Positions 53,864 to 64,000 of a stretch of 64,000 nucleotides of DNA are shown piece by piece (the stretch's first letter is position 1; each line of letters starts with the position of its first letter). The translations under genes were made by a program, and so were the position numbers. Origin of the DNA: Histomonas meleagridis 2922-C6/04-290x. Taxonomy: Eukaryota > Protista > Parabasalia. Location: positions 1 through 64,000 of the forward strand of contig JAANOX010000078.1 of the NCBI GenBank assembly GCA_020184695.1, read 5' to 3'. The notes under the pieces are model-generated. The model was not told the DNA's origin, searched no databases, and was given only the letters and a program-made list of their open reading frames with translations.

Positions 53864-56800
53864 ATGTCTACACCACCACCACCACCTCCCCCACCTCCCC
53901 CACCGCCTCCTCCTCCTCCCCCACCTCCCCCAGCACCAACAGCTCAAAAGAAGGTATTAAAATTCAAGACAAATGATAAATTCCAAAAAATGATGGACAA
54001 TGCTCCACATGCTACAGGAGCAGGAGAACCAACTGTCTCAAGTGGCCCTGATATTCCACCACCACCTCCCCCACCTCCACTTACTGAAGAAAATCAAGAA
54101 GAAGGAACACAAAATCAATCATGGACAATTGAACAAATGGAAGCTGCAGCTAAACAGAATGACTGGAAACTTCAAGCAGATATTGGGTTTTACCATTTTC
54201 TCAAAGATTTTTCAGAACGAATTTTCGAAAAGACAAGAAATACACAACGCAAATTAGAAGGTTTAATGTCAGCTCTTGATTCAGTTGAAACACAGGTTAA
54301 CAATGCTTTTGGATCTCTTGATGTTCTTTGTTTAAATCAATTTGTTGAACGACGTATTGAAGAACAAGACATAATGGATGTTCCCAAAACAGATGTTGAA
54401 GAAGAAGTTCCACTTACCAGGCAAGAAGCCGTTCGTCAATATGTAATTCCAAAATTCCAATCTGCATTTCAAAGCACACTTGTTACTCTTAAAGAAAGTC
54501 CATTAACATCAGAAGTATCAAATCCACTGATCACAGTTCCATTCATTAAACCAATACCAGTTGAAGAACCAGAAATTGAAATTCCAGCAGAAGAAGAGAA
54601 ACCACCTGAAGAGACCACAGAAACAGAAACAACAACCACCACAACCACTACAACACCATCTGAAGAAACAACAGAGACAAAGCCTGAGCTTACTGATGAA
54701 CAGAAACAAGAAATGGAAGAAAAACAGAAAACACTTTTCGGCGAATCCGAAGAGAATTCAGTGCTATTCTCGGAAGATACAGGCACAGGAGATATCTTTA
54801 GCGCACCTAGTCCCAAGAAGAAAGGCAAGAAGCGCGTATCAATATTTGATATCACAGGTGACGAAAACGAGAGCAAAAACACAGAAAACGTCGATCTATT
54901 CAACGCTGATGATCTTCAACCCAAGAAACCACGCAGAAAGAGCCGAAAGCGTTCATCACTATTTGATGGAAATCTTTTCGATGAACAAGAAGATAACAAA
55001 GGAGGCTTATTTGGTACTGAAGGCGAAGAACCAGCACCAAAGAAGCCACGCAAATCTACTACCAACTTATTTGATACAACAGAAGATGATAATAAATCAT
55101 CATCTTCTAAGACGAAAGGTCGTAAGAAGTCTATGAGCTTATTCGATGACGCAGAAACAGCTTCTAGCGGACAATCTGGTGGACTTTTCGGCGAAGATGG
55201 CGGATTGTTCGGTAATGAGCCACCACCAAAGAAACGACCAGCAAAGAAAAAGACAACACGAAAGTCTACTGGCGGATTGTTTGATGGCGTTGACGAAGAA
55301 CCAACAAAGAAAGGAACAGGCGGCGGATTATTCGATGGCATTGATGAAGAGCCAAAGAAGAAGACAACGAGAAAGACATCGATTGGATTATTTGATGATG
55401 TTGATGCAACAAATGATGAGAAGCCGAAGAAGAGACCAGCTAAGAAAGGAGCAAGGAAAGCTTCGATTGGATTATTTGATGACGCAGATACTGAAACGAA
55501 ACCAACAGAGAAGAAGTCTGGAGGATTATTCGGCGATGACGAACCGGCACCAGCTAAGCCAGCAGCCAAGAAGACTGGCGGATTGTTCGACGATGATGAA
55601 ACTACAGCTAAGCCGCCAGCTAAGAAAGAAACGCCAAAGAAGTCTGGCGGATTATTTGATGACGAGCCAATTACTGCTAAGCCAGCACCTAAGAAAGAAA
55701 CATCTAAGAAGTCTGGCGGATTATTCGATGATGAACCAACGCCAGCTAAGAAAGAAACGCCAAAGAAGTCTGGCGGATTATTCGACGACGAGCCAATTAC
55801 TGCTAAGCCAGCACCTAAGAAAGAAACGCCAAAGAAGTCTGGCGGATTATTCGACGACGAGCCAATTACTGCTAAGCCAGCACCTAAGAAAGAAGAAAAG
55901 AAACCAAGTGCATTATTTGATGATGAGCCAATTGCAGCTAAGAAGACTGGAGGATTATTCGATGATGACGAAATTACAACTAAGCCACCAGCTAAGAAAG
56001 AAACAACTAAGAAGTCTGGCGGATTGTTCGACGACGACGAGCCAATTGCATCTAAACCAGCACCAAAGAAGACAACACCTAAGAAGAGTGGCGGTCTTTT
56101 CGACGATGATGAACCAATTGCAGCTAAGCCAGCAGCTAAGAAGTCAGGAGGTTTGTTCGATGATGAACCTGCTCCAGCTAAGCCAGCACCAAAGAAGACA
56201 ACACCTAAGAAGAGTGGCGGTCTTTTTGATGATGATGAACCAATTGCACCAGCTAAATCAACTCCTAAGAAGTCGGGAGGTTTATTTGATGATGATGAAC
56301 CAATTGCATCTAAGCCTGCACCAAAGAAAGATACGAAGAAGAGCGGCAGCAGCTTATTCGATGATGAACCAATAGCACCTAAACCAGCACCAAAGAAAGA
56401 AGAGCCAAAGAAATCTGGCGGATTATTCGATGACGAACCAATTTCAACCAAACCAGCACCTAAGAAAGAAGAGCCAAAGAAGTCCGGAGGTTTATTTGAT
56501 GATGAACCAATTGCATCTAAGCCTGCACCAAAGAAGGAAGAACCAAAGAAGTCCGGCGGTCTCTTTGATGAGCCAGCACCTTCTAAACCAGCACCAAAGA
56601 AGGAAGAGCCAAAGAAATCAGGCGGATTATTTGATGACGAACCAATTTCAACCAAACCAGCACCAAAGAAGGAAGAGCCAAAGAAATCTGGTGGTCTTTT
56701 TGATGACGAACCAATAGCATCTAAACCAGCACCAAAGAAGGAAGAACCAAAGAAGTCCGGCGGTCTCTTTGATGAGCCAGCACCTTCTAAACCAGCACCA

Positions 56801-59374
56801 AAGAAGGAAGAGCCAAAGAAATCAGGCGGATTATTTGATGACGAACCAATTTCAACCAAACCAGCACCAAAGAAGGAAGAGCCAAAGAAATCTGGCGGAC
56901 TCTTTGATGACGAACCAATAGCATCTAAACCAGCACCAAAGAAAGAAGAGCCTAAGAAATCTGGCGGATTATTTGATGACGAACCAATTGCATCTAAGCC
57001 TGCACCAAAGAAGGAAGAACCAAAGAAGTCCGGCGGTCTCTTTGATGAGCCAGCACCTTCTAAACCAGCACCAAAGAAGGAAGAGCCAAAGAAATCAGGC
57101 GGATTATTTGATGACGAACCAATTTCAACCAAACCAGCACCAAAGAAGGAAGAGCCAAAGAAATCTGGTGGTCTTTTTGATGACGAACCAATAGCATCTA
57201 AACCAGCACCAAAGAAGGAAGAACCAAAGAAGTCCGGCGGTCTCTTTGATGAGCCAGCACCTTCTAAACCAGCACCAAAGAAGGAAGAGCCAAAGAAATC
57301 AGGCGGATTATTTGATGACGAACCAATAGCATCTAAACCAGCACCAAAGAAAGAAGAGCCTAAGAAATCTGGCGGACTCTTTGATGACGAACCAATAGCA
57401 TCTAAACCAGCACCTAAGAAGGAAGAACCAAAGAAGTCCGGCGGATTATTTGATGACGAACCAATTGCATCTAAGCCTGCACCAAAGAAGGAAGAACCAA
57501 AGAAGTCCGGCGGATTATTTGATGACGAACCAATTGCATCTAAGCCTGCACCAAAGAAGGAAGAACCAAAGAAGTCCGGCGGATTATTTGATGACGAACC
57601 AATTGCATCTAAACCAGCACCAAAGAAGGAAGAACCAAAGAAGTCCGGCGGTCTCTTTGATGAGCCAGCACCTTCTAAACCAGCACCAAAGAAGGAAGAG
57701 CCAAAGAAATCAGGCGGATTATTTGATGACGAACCAATTTCAACCAAACCAGCACCAAAGAAGGAAGAGCCAAAGAAATCTGGCGGATTATTCGATGACG
57801 AACCAATTTCAACCAAACCAGCACCAAAGAAGGAAGAGCCAAAGAAATCTGGTGGTCTTTTTGATGACGAACCAATAGCATCTAAACCAGCACCAAAGAA
57901 GGAAGAACCTAAGAAATCTGGCGGACTCTTTGATGACGAACCAATTTCAACCAAACCAGCACCAAAGAAGGAAGAGCCTAAGAAATCTGGTGGTCTTTTT
58001 GATGACGAACCAATTTCAACCAAACCAGCACCAAAGAAGGAAGAGCCTAAGAAATCTGGTGGTCTTTTTGATGACGAACCAATAGCATCAAAACCAGCAC
58101 CAAAGAAGGAAGAGCCAAAGAAGTCCGGCGGTCTCTTTGATGACGAACCAATAGCATCTAAACCAGCACCAAAGAAGGAAGAGCCTAAGAAATCTGGTGG
58201 TCTTTTTGATGACGAACCAATAGCATCTAAACCAGCGCCAAAGAAGGAAGAGCCAAAGAAGTCCGGCGGTCTCTTTGATGAGCCAGCACCTTCTAAACCA
58301 GCACCAAAGAAGGAAGAGCCAAAGAAATCAGGCGGATTATTTGATGACGAACCAATAGCATCTAAACCAGCACCAAAGAAGGAAGAGCCAAAGAAGTCCG
58401 GCGGTCTCTTTGACGAGCCAGCCCCAGCCAAATCTGCGCCCAAGAAGAAAGAAGAAACCAAAAAGTCCAGCGGCGGATTATTTGATGATAATGAACCAAA
58501 GAAGAGCAAAAAGAAGAAAGTAGTAAAGAAGAAGTCATCCAAGAAGTCCAGTGGCGGACTCTTTGACGAAGACAATGATTCCAAGAAAAAGAAGAAGAGC
58601 AGCAAGCAAAGCAGCAGCAGCAAGAAGTCCAGTGGCGGCCTCTTTGATGAGGAAGAGCCGAAGAAGCCAACAACAAGCACAAACGCGCCGAAGAAGTCCA
58701 AAGGATTATTCGACGATGATGAGCCAGCCGCGCCTAAATCAGCACCTGCAAAGAAGGAAGAGCCGAAGAAGAAAGGCGGATTATTCGATGACGAACCAAT
58801 TGCATCTAAACCTGCACCCAAGAAAGAAGAGCCGAAGAAGAAAGGCGGATTATTCGATGACGAACCAATTGCATCTAAACCTGCACCCAAGAAAGAAGAG
58901 CCGAAGAAGTCGAAGGGATTGTTCGATGACGAACCAATTGCATCTAAACCTGCACCCAAGAAAGAAGAGCCGAAGAAGTCGAAGGGATTGTTCGATGACG
59001 ATGAAGACGACGATGAAGCGCCTGTAAAGAAGGAGGAGCCGAAGAAGTCGAAGGGATTGTTCGATGACGATGACGAAGAAGAAGCGCCGAAAGCAGCGCC
59101 GAGGCAAACAAGGCGTCGAATTGGCGACGAGAAACAAAAGCGGAACTCCATGAGCGACCGAATTGCATTTTTGAATGCGAACGGTCCACCAGTGCCCGGC
59201 GCGCCACGCGCTTCGTTTGCGCCAGGAGTAACAAGAGATTCACTGCTGGCAGAAGATAAGGACGAAAACGAAAGTGGCGATTATAACCCATCTAAATTAA
59301 CTGTTACAAGGAATAGAAGATCAAACACAACAAGAAGAAGGCCATCGGCACTCAATGATGTCCAAAATAATTAA
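53864..59374 (+). CDS. WASHC2: FAM21/WASHC2 (WASH complex subunit) with a hugely expanded LF-acidic repeat tail
   Basis: Head domain W..E....AA..DW.L.AD.G....L.DFS..I..KT......L..L...NNAF..L..L..NQFVERR. About 60 LFD motifs (manual count). C-terminal CapZ-interaction-like KLTVTRNRRSNTTRRRPS. Confidence 0.85.
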   Translation: MSTPPPPPPPPPPPPPPPPPPPPAPTAQKKVLKFKTNDKFQKMMDNAPHATGAGEPTVSSGPDIPPPPPPPPLTEENQEEGTQNQSWTIEQMEAAAKQNDWKLQADIGFYHFLKDFSERIFEKTRNTQRKLEGLMSALDSVETQVNNAFGSLDVLCLNQFVERRIEEQDIMDVPKTDVEEEVPLTRQEAVRQYVIPKFQSAFQSTLVTLKESPLTSEVSNPLITVPFIKPIPVEEPEIEIPAEEEKPPEETTETETTTTTTTTTPSEETTETKPELTDEQKQEMEEKQKTLFGESEENSVLFSEDTGTGDIFSAPSPKKKGKKRVSIFDITGDENESKNTENVDLFNADDLQPKKPRRKSRKRSSLFDGNLFDEQEDNKGGLFGTEGEEPAPKKPRKSTTNLFDTTEDDNKSSSSKTKGRKKSMSLFDDAETASSGQSGGLFGEDGGLFGNEPPPKKRPAKKKTTRKSTGGLFDGVDEEPTKKGTGGGLFDGIDEEPKKKTTRKTSIGLFDDVDATNDEKPKKRPAKKGARKASIGLFDDADTETKPTEKKSGGLFGDDEPAPAKPAAKKTGGLFDDDETTAKPPAKKETPKKSGGLFDDEPITAKPAPKKETSKKSGGLFDDEPTPAKKETPKKSGGLFDDEPITAKPAPKKETPKKSGGLFDDEPITAKPAPKKEEKKPSALFDDEPIAAKKTGGLFDDDEITTKPPAKKETTKKSGGLFDDDEPIASKPAPKKTTPKKSGGLFDDDEPIAAKPAAKKSGGLFDDEPAPAKPAPKKTTPKKSGGLFDDDEPIAPAKSTPKKSGGLFDDDEPIASKPAPKKDTKKSGSSLFDDEPIAPKPAPKKEEPKKSGGLFDDEPISTKPAPKKEEPKKSGGLFDDEPIASKPAPKKEEPKKSGGLFDEPAPSKPAPKKEEPKKSGGLFDDEPISTKPAPKKEEPKKSGGLFDDEPIASKPAPKKEEPKKSGGLFDEPAPSKPAPKKEEPKKSGGLFDDEPISTKPAPKKEEPKKSGGLFDDEPIASKPAPKKEEPKKSGGLFDDEPIASKPAPKKEEPKKSGGLFDEPAPSKPAPKKEEPKKSGGLFDDEPISTKPAPKKEEPKKSGGLFDDEPIASKPAPKKEEPKKSGGLFDEPAPSKPAPKKEEPKKSGGLFDDEPIASKPAPKKEEPKKSGGLFDDEPIASKPAPKKEEPKKSGGLFDDEPIASKPAPKKEEPKKSGGLFDDEPIASKPAPKKEEPKKSGGLFDDEPIASKPAPKKEEPKKSGGLFDEPAPSKPAPKKEEPKKSGGLFDDEPISTKPAPKKEEPKKSGGLFDDEPISTKPAPKKEEPKKSGGLFDDEPIASKPAPKKEEPKKSGGLFDDEPISTKPAPKKEEPKKSGGLFDDEPISTKPAPKKEEPKKSGGLFDDEPIASKPAPKKEEPKKSGGLFDDEPIASKPAPKKEEPKKSGGLFDDEPIASKPAPKKEEPKKSGGLFDEPAPSKPAPKKEEPKKSGGLFDDEPIASKPAPKKEEPKKSGGLFDEPAPAKSAPKKKEETKKSSGGLFDDNEPKKSKKKKVVKKKSSKKSSGGLFDEDNDSKKKKKSSKQSSSSKKSSGGLFDEEEPKKPTTSTNAPKKSKGLFDDDEPAAPKSAPAKKEEPKKKGGLFDDEPIASKPAPKKEEPKKKGGLFDDEPIASKPAPKKEEPKKSKGLFDDEPIASKPAPKKEEPKKSKGLFDDDEDDDEAPVKKEEPKKSKGLFDDDDEEEAPKAAPRQTRRRIGDEKQKRNSMSDRIAFLNANGPPVPGAPRASFAPGVTRDSLLAEDKDENESGDYNPSKLTVTRNRRSNTTRRRPSALNDVQNN
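56410..58440 (+). repeat. Coding tandem array of ~30 units of 66/69 bp (SGGLFDDEPIASKPAPKKEEPKK)
   Basis: Visible in DNA and protein; IST, IAS and APS variants. Confidence 0.9.
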
Positions 59375-59455
59375 TTAATAAGTAAAGCAATAACTTAAAA
59401 GGGTTTGTCCGCAATTTCATATTGTTTCAAAGCTGTAACTTGTGCAAATTGAAAA

Positions 59456-60748
59456 GTTACTGCACATGAACCAAATGTGGAAAGTTTTTATGTGAAAACA
59501 TCAAAACATTACTTATGTAATTATTGAAGAGTTACTGAATATGAACTAAATGTGGTAAATTTGTATGTCAAAATATTAAAACATTACTTATGTAATTATT
59601 GAAGAGTTACTGCACATGAACTAAATGTGGTAAATTTGTATGTGAAAACATTAAAACATTACTTATGTAATTATTGAAGAGTTACTGAATATGAACTAAA
59701 TGTGGTAAATTTGTATGTCAAAATATTAAAACATTACTTATGTAATTATTGAAGAGTTACTGAATATGAACTAAATGTGGTAAATTTGTATGTCAAAATA
59801 TTAAAACATTACTTATGTAATTATTGAAGAGTTACTGAATATGAACTAAATGTGGTAAATTTGTATGTGAAAACATTAAAACATTACTTATGTAATTATT
59901 GAAGAGTTACTGAATATGAACTAAATGTGGTAAATTTGTATGTCAAAATATTAAAACATTACTTATGTAATTATTGAAGAGTTACTGAATATGAACTAAA
60001 TGTGGTAAATTTGTATGTGAAAACATTAAAACATTACTTATGTAATTATTGAAGAGTTACTGAATATGAACTAAATGTGGTAAATTTGTATGTGAAAACA
60101 TTAAAACATTACTTATGTAATTATTGAAGAGTTACTGAATATGAACTAAAATGTGGTAAATTTGTATGTCAAAATATTAAAAACATTACTTATGTAATTA
60201 TTGAAGAGTTACTGAATATGAACTAAATGTGGTAAATTTGTATGTGAAAACATTAAAACATTACTTATGTAATTATTGAAGAGTTACTGAATATGAACTA
60301 AATGTGGTAAATTTGTATGTGAAAAACATTAAAACATTACTTATGTAATTATTGAAGAGTTACTGAATATGAACTAAAATGTGGTAAATTTGTATGTCAA
60401 AATATTAAAACATTACTTATGTAATTATTGAAGAGTTACTGAATATGAACTAAATGTGGTAAATTTGTATGTGAAAACATTAAAACATTACTTATGTAAT
60501 TATTGAAGAGTTACTGAATATGAACTAAATGTGGTAAATTTGTATGTCAAAATATTAAAACATTACTTATGTAATTATTGAAGAGTTACTGCACATGAAC
60601 TAAATGTGGTAAATTTGTATGTCAAAATATTAAAACATTACTTATGTAATTATTGAAGAGTTACTGAATATGAACTAAATGTGGTAAATTTGTATGTGAA
60701 AACATTAAAACATTACTTATGTAATTATTGAAGAGTTACTGAATATGA
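59456..60748. repeat. 75-bp tandem satellite, 17 units plus a partial unit
   Basis: Unit GTTACTGAATATGAACTAAATGTGGTAAATTTGTATGT(C/G)AAAA(T/C)ATTAAAACATTACTTATGTAATTATTGAAGA. Stops in all six frames. Confidence 0.95.
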
Positions 60749-60762
60749 TTAAAATAAACATT

Positions 60763-62010
60763 TTATTGAGATTGTGAAATTAGGGTGAGAAAAGAGTCGA
60801 TTTTATCATTAAGTAAAACCGCCTTTTCTGCAACGTAAACATCTGGCGAATCGACAAGTTCGGCCAATGTTTCATCGGAATCCATCTGTTGGATGAATTC
60901 AGCGTACAGTTCCATATTACCGCACGCTTCCAGCACGAAAAGTATTTTATTCAACAGCTCAAGAAGTCGAATAGAATTCGCTCCCGACTGCAAAAGTGTC
61001 AAAATCGAATGTCCGATTCCTCTTTTGATAAGCTCCAGAACAAACGCTTGCGTGTTCACATAATCAGAGGAGGCGACCAATGTATATATCAAAGATACGC
61101 AATAGATTTGCGATTTAAACCGGTTTGACATACAAAAATCGATGCTTTCAATTAATTGATCACTGATAAGTCTAATTTTATCTCCGTTTTTTTCAATAAA
61201 TACTTTGACGCAATTAATTGCACTGATTTGTATGCTCAAAATACGATGTTTCATCAATTCAATAATATATGGAATATTAAATTTGTCAAATTCAACGTTT
61301 TGTTTGTATGCTTCGGTGATAAGGCGAAGGAGGTTAAGTTTAAGAGTGGTGCATTTTTGAGTGAGAAATTTATTGATCTCCACATATAAATTATATTCTT
61401 TGAGAAATGTATCTAAGGCAGTGTTTTTCTTAGCAAATGTTAGACAACACCCAAACGCAGCTCCAACTAAGTGCAAATAACAATTATGTTCTATATTTGT
61501 TGATTGAATCGTATGACAAATGATTTGGAATATGATGTGAGCAAAAGGGAGTGAGATTTTTGGTTCATAATATATTATGTATTGTTCAAAAAGTTTAAGA
61601 AGTTCAATACGAACATATACATTAAACTTAGGATCAAGAATACATTCAACAAGCTGCTGACAACTAATGCATCTGCATGTGATTTCAAAATGTTGAGGTG
61701 AGATAGAAGCACTAATTGTTAGTATCTTTAAAACATAAGTCATGACTTCTTGAGTCGTACAACTCAAAATATTATGAGCAATTCCGATAAACTCTTCCTC
61801 CAAGAAACTTGTTGAAAGTATTGATTTGTTATTATTGATTAAATTATAAAATGATTTTATTCCATGAAATTGTGACTCTTGATTTGTAACTTGAATCAAC
61901 ACCTCTTTTACAACTTGAGCTGTTACCTCATATGGTTTATCTAATAAAAGTTTTCTCGTTTGGTCTGTTTCTTCAAGCTCTATCATATGATTGAAATAAA
62001 GCGGTTTCAT
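60763..62010 (-). CDS. ARM/HEAT-like helical hypothetical protein
   Basis: ~415-aa Leu/Ile-rich helical ORF; family not recognised. Confidence 0.7.
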   Translation of the reverse strand: MKPLYFNHMIELEETDQTRKLLLDKPYEVTAQVVKEVLIQVTNQESQFHGIKSFYNLINNNKSILSTSFLEEEFIGIAHNILSCTTQEVMTYVLKILTISASISPQHFEITCRCISCQQLVECILDPKFNVYVRIELLKLFEQYIIYYEPKISLPFAHIIFQIICHTIQSTNIEHNCYLHLVGAAFGCCLTFAKKNTALDTFLKEYNLYVEINKFLTQKCTTLKLNLLRLITEAYKQNVEFDKFNIPYIIELMKHRILSIQISAINCVKVFIEKNGDKIRLISDQLIESIDFCMSNRFKSQIYCVSLIYTLVASSDYVNTQAFVLELIKRGIGHSILTLLQSGANSIRLLELLNKILFVLEACGNMELYAEFIQQMDSDETLAELVDSPDVYVAEKAVLLNDKIDSFLTLISQSQ

Positions 62011-62696
62011 TTTCAATTTCCTATCGAATACACAAAGTAACGAAGGGCATATCTAATGATATGCTCAATGAAAATAATTATATTTTTGTTATTATAATAT
62101 ATATATTGGTTATTAATTATATTTTATTGTTATTATATACATAAATATATTATTTTATGAGATTTTTTGTTTTCATATTAATTAATAAACGTATATATTA
62201 TTCAACAGTTTACAATTTTTTGTATTGATTTTGACAGGACATGCTCTTATGCATAAACGGTCGGAAATTGTACGTTAATTTCAAAAAATGAATTATTTCT
62301 CAATGGATATCCAAGCAATGGTTAAATCATAAGGTCACCAATCATTAAGAAACATTAATGCTATTAATAATGATTTTTTTAAGGTAATAAGTCATTTGTA
62401 TCCAAAGTTGAGGTGAAAAGTTTAAATAATTTTTTCTCAAGGTAAAATTGATTTCAAACCAATCGCCAAAATTTAACTTTAATTAATGAAGAAAAAAAAT
62501 TAAGAAAATCTGCCTTTTGAGATTCTAGAAAATTTAATGGGAGTTATTATACTAATCAAATCAGTATTGCTGGAGTACAATAGTGCTTAAAGTTGTTTTT
62601 AGAAATTTAAAGTGGATGAATTCTTAGTTCTTATCATAAATCTGAATAAACAATCAAGTGTTTTTGATCAAGGTGTTTATGAATAACCACAAATTT

Positions 62697-62983
62697 ATTT
62701 TTTTCAAGAATTTATAAAAAAATTGATGATTTGAGAAATTTAATTTTTTGATATTTTACCATTTGTTTCGTGAAAGCTTTTGACGATTTATATCAATTAA
62801 TTGATTTTTAATGCATAATATCTTTCGAAAGGCTTTGAAATAATCAAGAAATATTATTTATCTTTCTTTAGGAAGGTAGATCATTTATCGTCCTCCTATC
62901 GGTTTATATCGTTGTTCATCGTTGCCTATCGGTACGACCATGACCAAAATAAACCATACAAAAGTGGGATGTTGTCACTTTTA
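62697..62983 (-). repeat. 287-bp dispersed repeat, copy 2 (inverted relative to 40681-40966)
   Basis: Reverse-complement match to copy 1. Confidence 0.9.
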
Positions 62984-63337
62984 TTTTTCAATCAATAATC
63001 ATTTCCATTTAACTTTGTTATTCATATTTTTTATGAAGATAGGTACATTGCAAACCTTAACATATATATTTCAATTTTAATTCATGCTCCATCTTTATTA
63101 TCCAGATAAATACTTTTAATAATATTGAAAAAATCAATATAAATACAATCATTATTTTTGCTTCTAAGCATTAAAATTTGCATTTCAACGGTAATTTTTT
63201 TTCTAACAAAAGCACAATCAAAAATATTATTTTGAGACTTTTTATTTACAGAACAGCAATAACAAATTATTAAATTTTTTATTAAAAGTTCAAACATTTT
63301 ATATCTTTTCTATTCTCAATACAAATTTGTATAAACC

Positions 63338-64000
63338 TCACTTAGACATATTGGCATTACATAGTCTCGGATGTCTAAAATAAGGGAAATAAAAATGAAC
63401 ATATTCATCTTTCACAGCAAACACCTTTTTTGTTCTGTTTATGATTCCAGTCACACCACCATCAGCATGATGATGTAAGAAAACAAGTTTATTCACGGGC
63501 CCATGAAAGACACCGCATTGGTTTAAGTTTTCGGGGAATATGTGTTGTTTTGGACATGGAACTAAGTCATGGAAATCATTTTTATCGATTCTTTCTGAGT
63601 CCTCTTTACTAAATGGATGACCCAAAAAGCTTAACGATGTTGCATTAATGATTGTAATGTTTAATCGAATTAAAAATTGCTTATGACAAACATCTTCGGA
63701 AACTTTGCAGTTAAATATAACATCTTCATAAATGGGAAGCATTAATTCAACCGCCTTCCGTGAATATAGAAAGCCACAGCCGCCTTGAAGATATCCTGGC
63801 GTAGAAGCATGCCGTGTGCAACAGCCAAGAATAACTTTCTCATTAAGTGGATCATATTTTTGTTCAATTGATTCATAAAATGATTCTAAATTCTTTAGGT
63901 TGACAACATTGTCATCAGAACCTCTATGAAGCCATCGATAATTAGTTTCATGTAAAAAATAAGATAGTCCAAAATATGTCTTTCGATAAATATCAATGCT
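63338..64000 (-). CDS. GT31 (Fringe / beta-1,3-galactosyltransferase-like) glycosyltransferase, 5'-partial
   Basis: The frame stays open to the window edge: WLHRGSDD (xDD), YLQGGCGFLYSRKAV, SEDV. Confidence 0.75.
   Translation of the reverse strand, partial: SIDIYRKTYFGLSYFLHETNYRWLHRGSDDNVVNLKNLESFYESIEQKYDPLNEKVILGCCTRHASTPGYLQGGCGFLYSRKAVELMLPIYEDVIFNCKVSEDVCHKQFLIRLNITIINATSLSFLGHPFSKEDSERIDKNDFHDLVPCPKQHIFPENLNQCGVFHGPVNKLVFLHHHADGGVTGIINRTKKVFAVKDEYVHFYFPYFRHPRLCNANMSK

Noticed and set aside
54916-59151. 1411-aa antisense ORF and several shifted-frame ORFs over FAM21
   Set aside because: By-products of the repetitive sense coding array; no independent protein features.
19039-59374. 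Apparent cluster of membrane-trafficking genes (COPI-associated, TBC, Vps52, AP-sigma, FAM21)
   Set aside because: These families are abundant in parabasalids and are interspersed with unrelated genes; chance is sufficient.
59456-60748. CRISPR-like array
   Set aside because: No unique spacers, no cas genes, eukaryotic context.
63082-63297. 71-aa minus-strand ORF
   Set aside because: AT-rich, non-ATG start, no coding signature.

Overview
AT-rich eukaryotic DNA, most consistent with a parabasalid protist (Tritrichomonas/Trichomonas-like). This rests on BspA-type LRR genes, DUF3447-ankyrin genes, nearly intron-less compact genes and parabasalid-style Tc1/mariner elements. Bases 1-10,108 are repeat/transposon territory: a G/T minisatellite, a decayed hAT-like transposase with a nested 1.28-kb mariner, a CK2-like kinase fragment, and a 3.2-kb element with 273-bp TIRs encoding a DD34E transposase fused to a C-terminal Myb domain. 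The rest is gene-dense: BspA x2, LRR-PP2C, COPI-associated protein, TBC-like, MATE, PHD-SET, HEAT, VIT-vWA, Vps52, CCDC47-like, Trm9-like, UFD1-like, actin-related protein, a very large FAM21/WASHC2 and a partial GT31. It also carries a 75-bp satellite and a 287-bp dispersed repeat. The main discovery candidate concerns the ankyrin genes. Their reading frames continue past the annotated stops as 90-nt ankyrin-coding blocks separated by AT-rich spacers of exactly 80 nt (7 of 7 intact cases, at two loci). The spacers lack GT-AG ends, break the frame or contain stops, diverge in sequence, yet keep a TTTGGA-like motif at a fixed -26 position. This suggests an undescribed non-canonical splicing, micro-exon or recoding system. 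All family assignments come from motif recognition by eye; no database searches were run.
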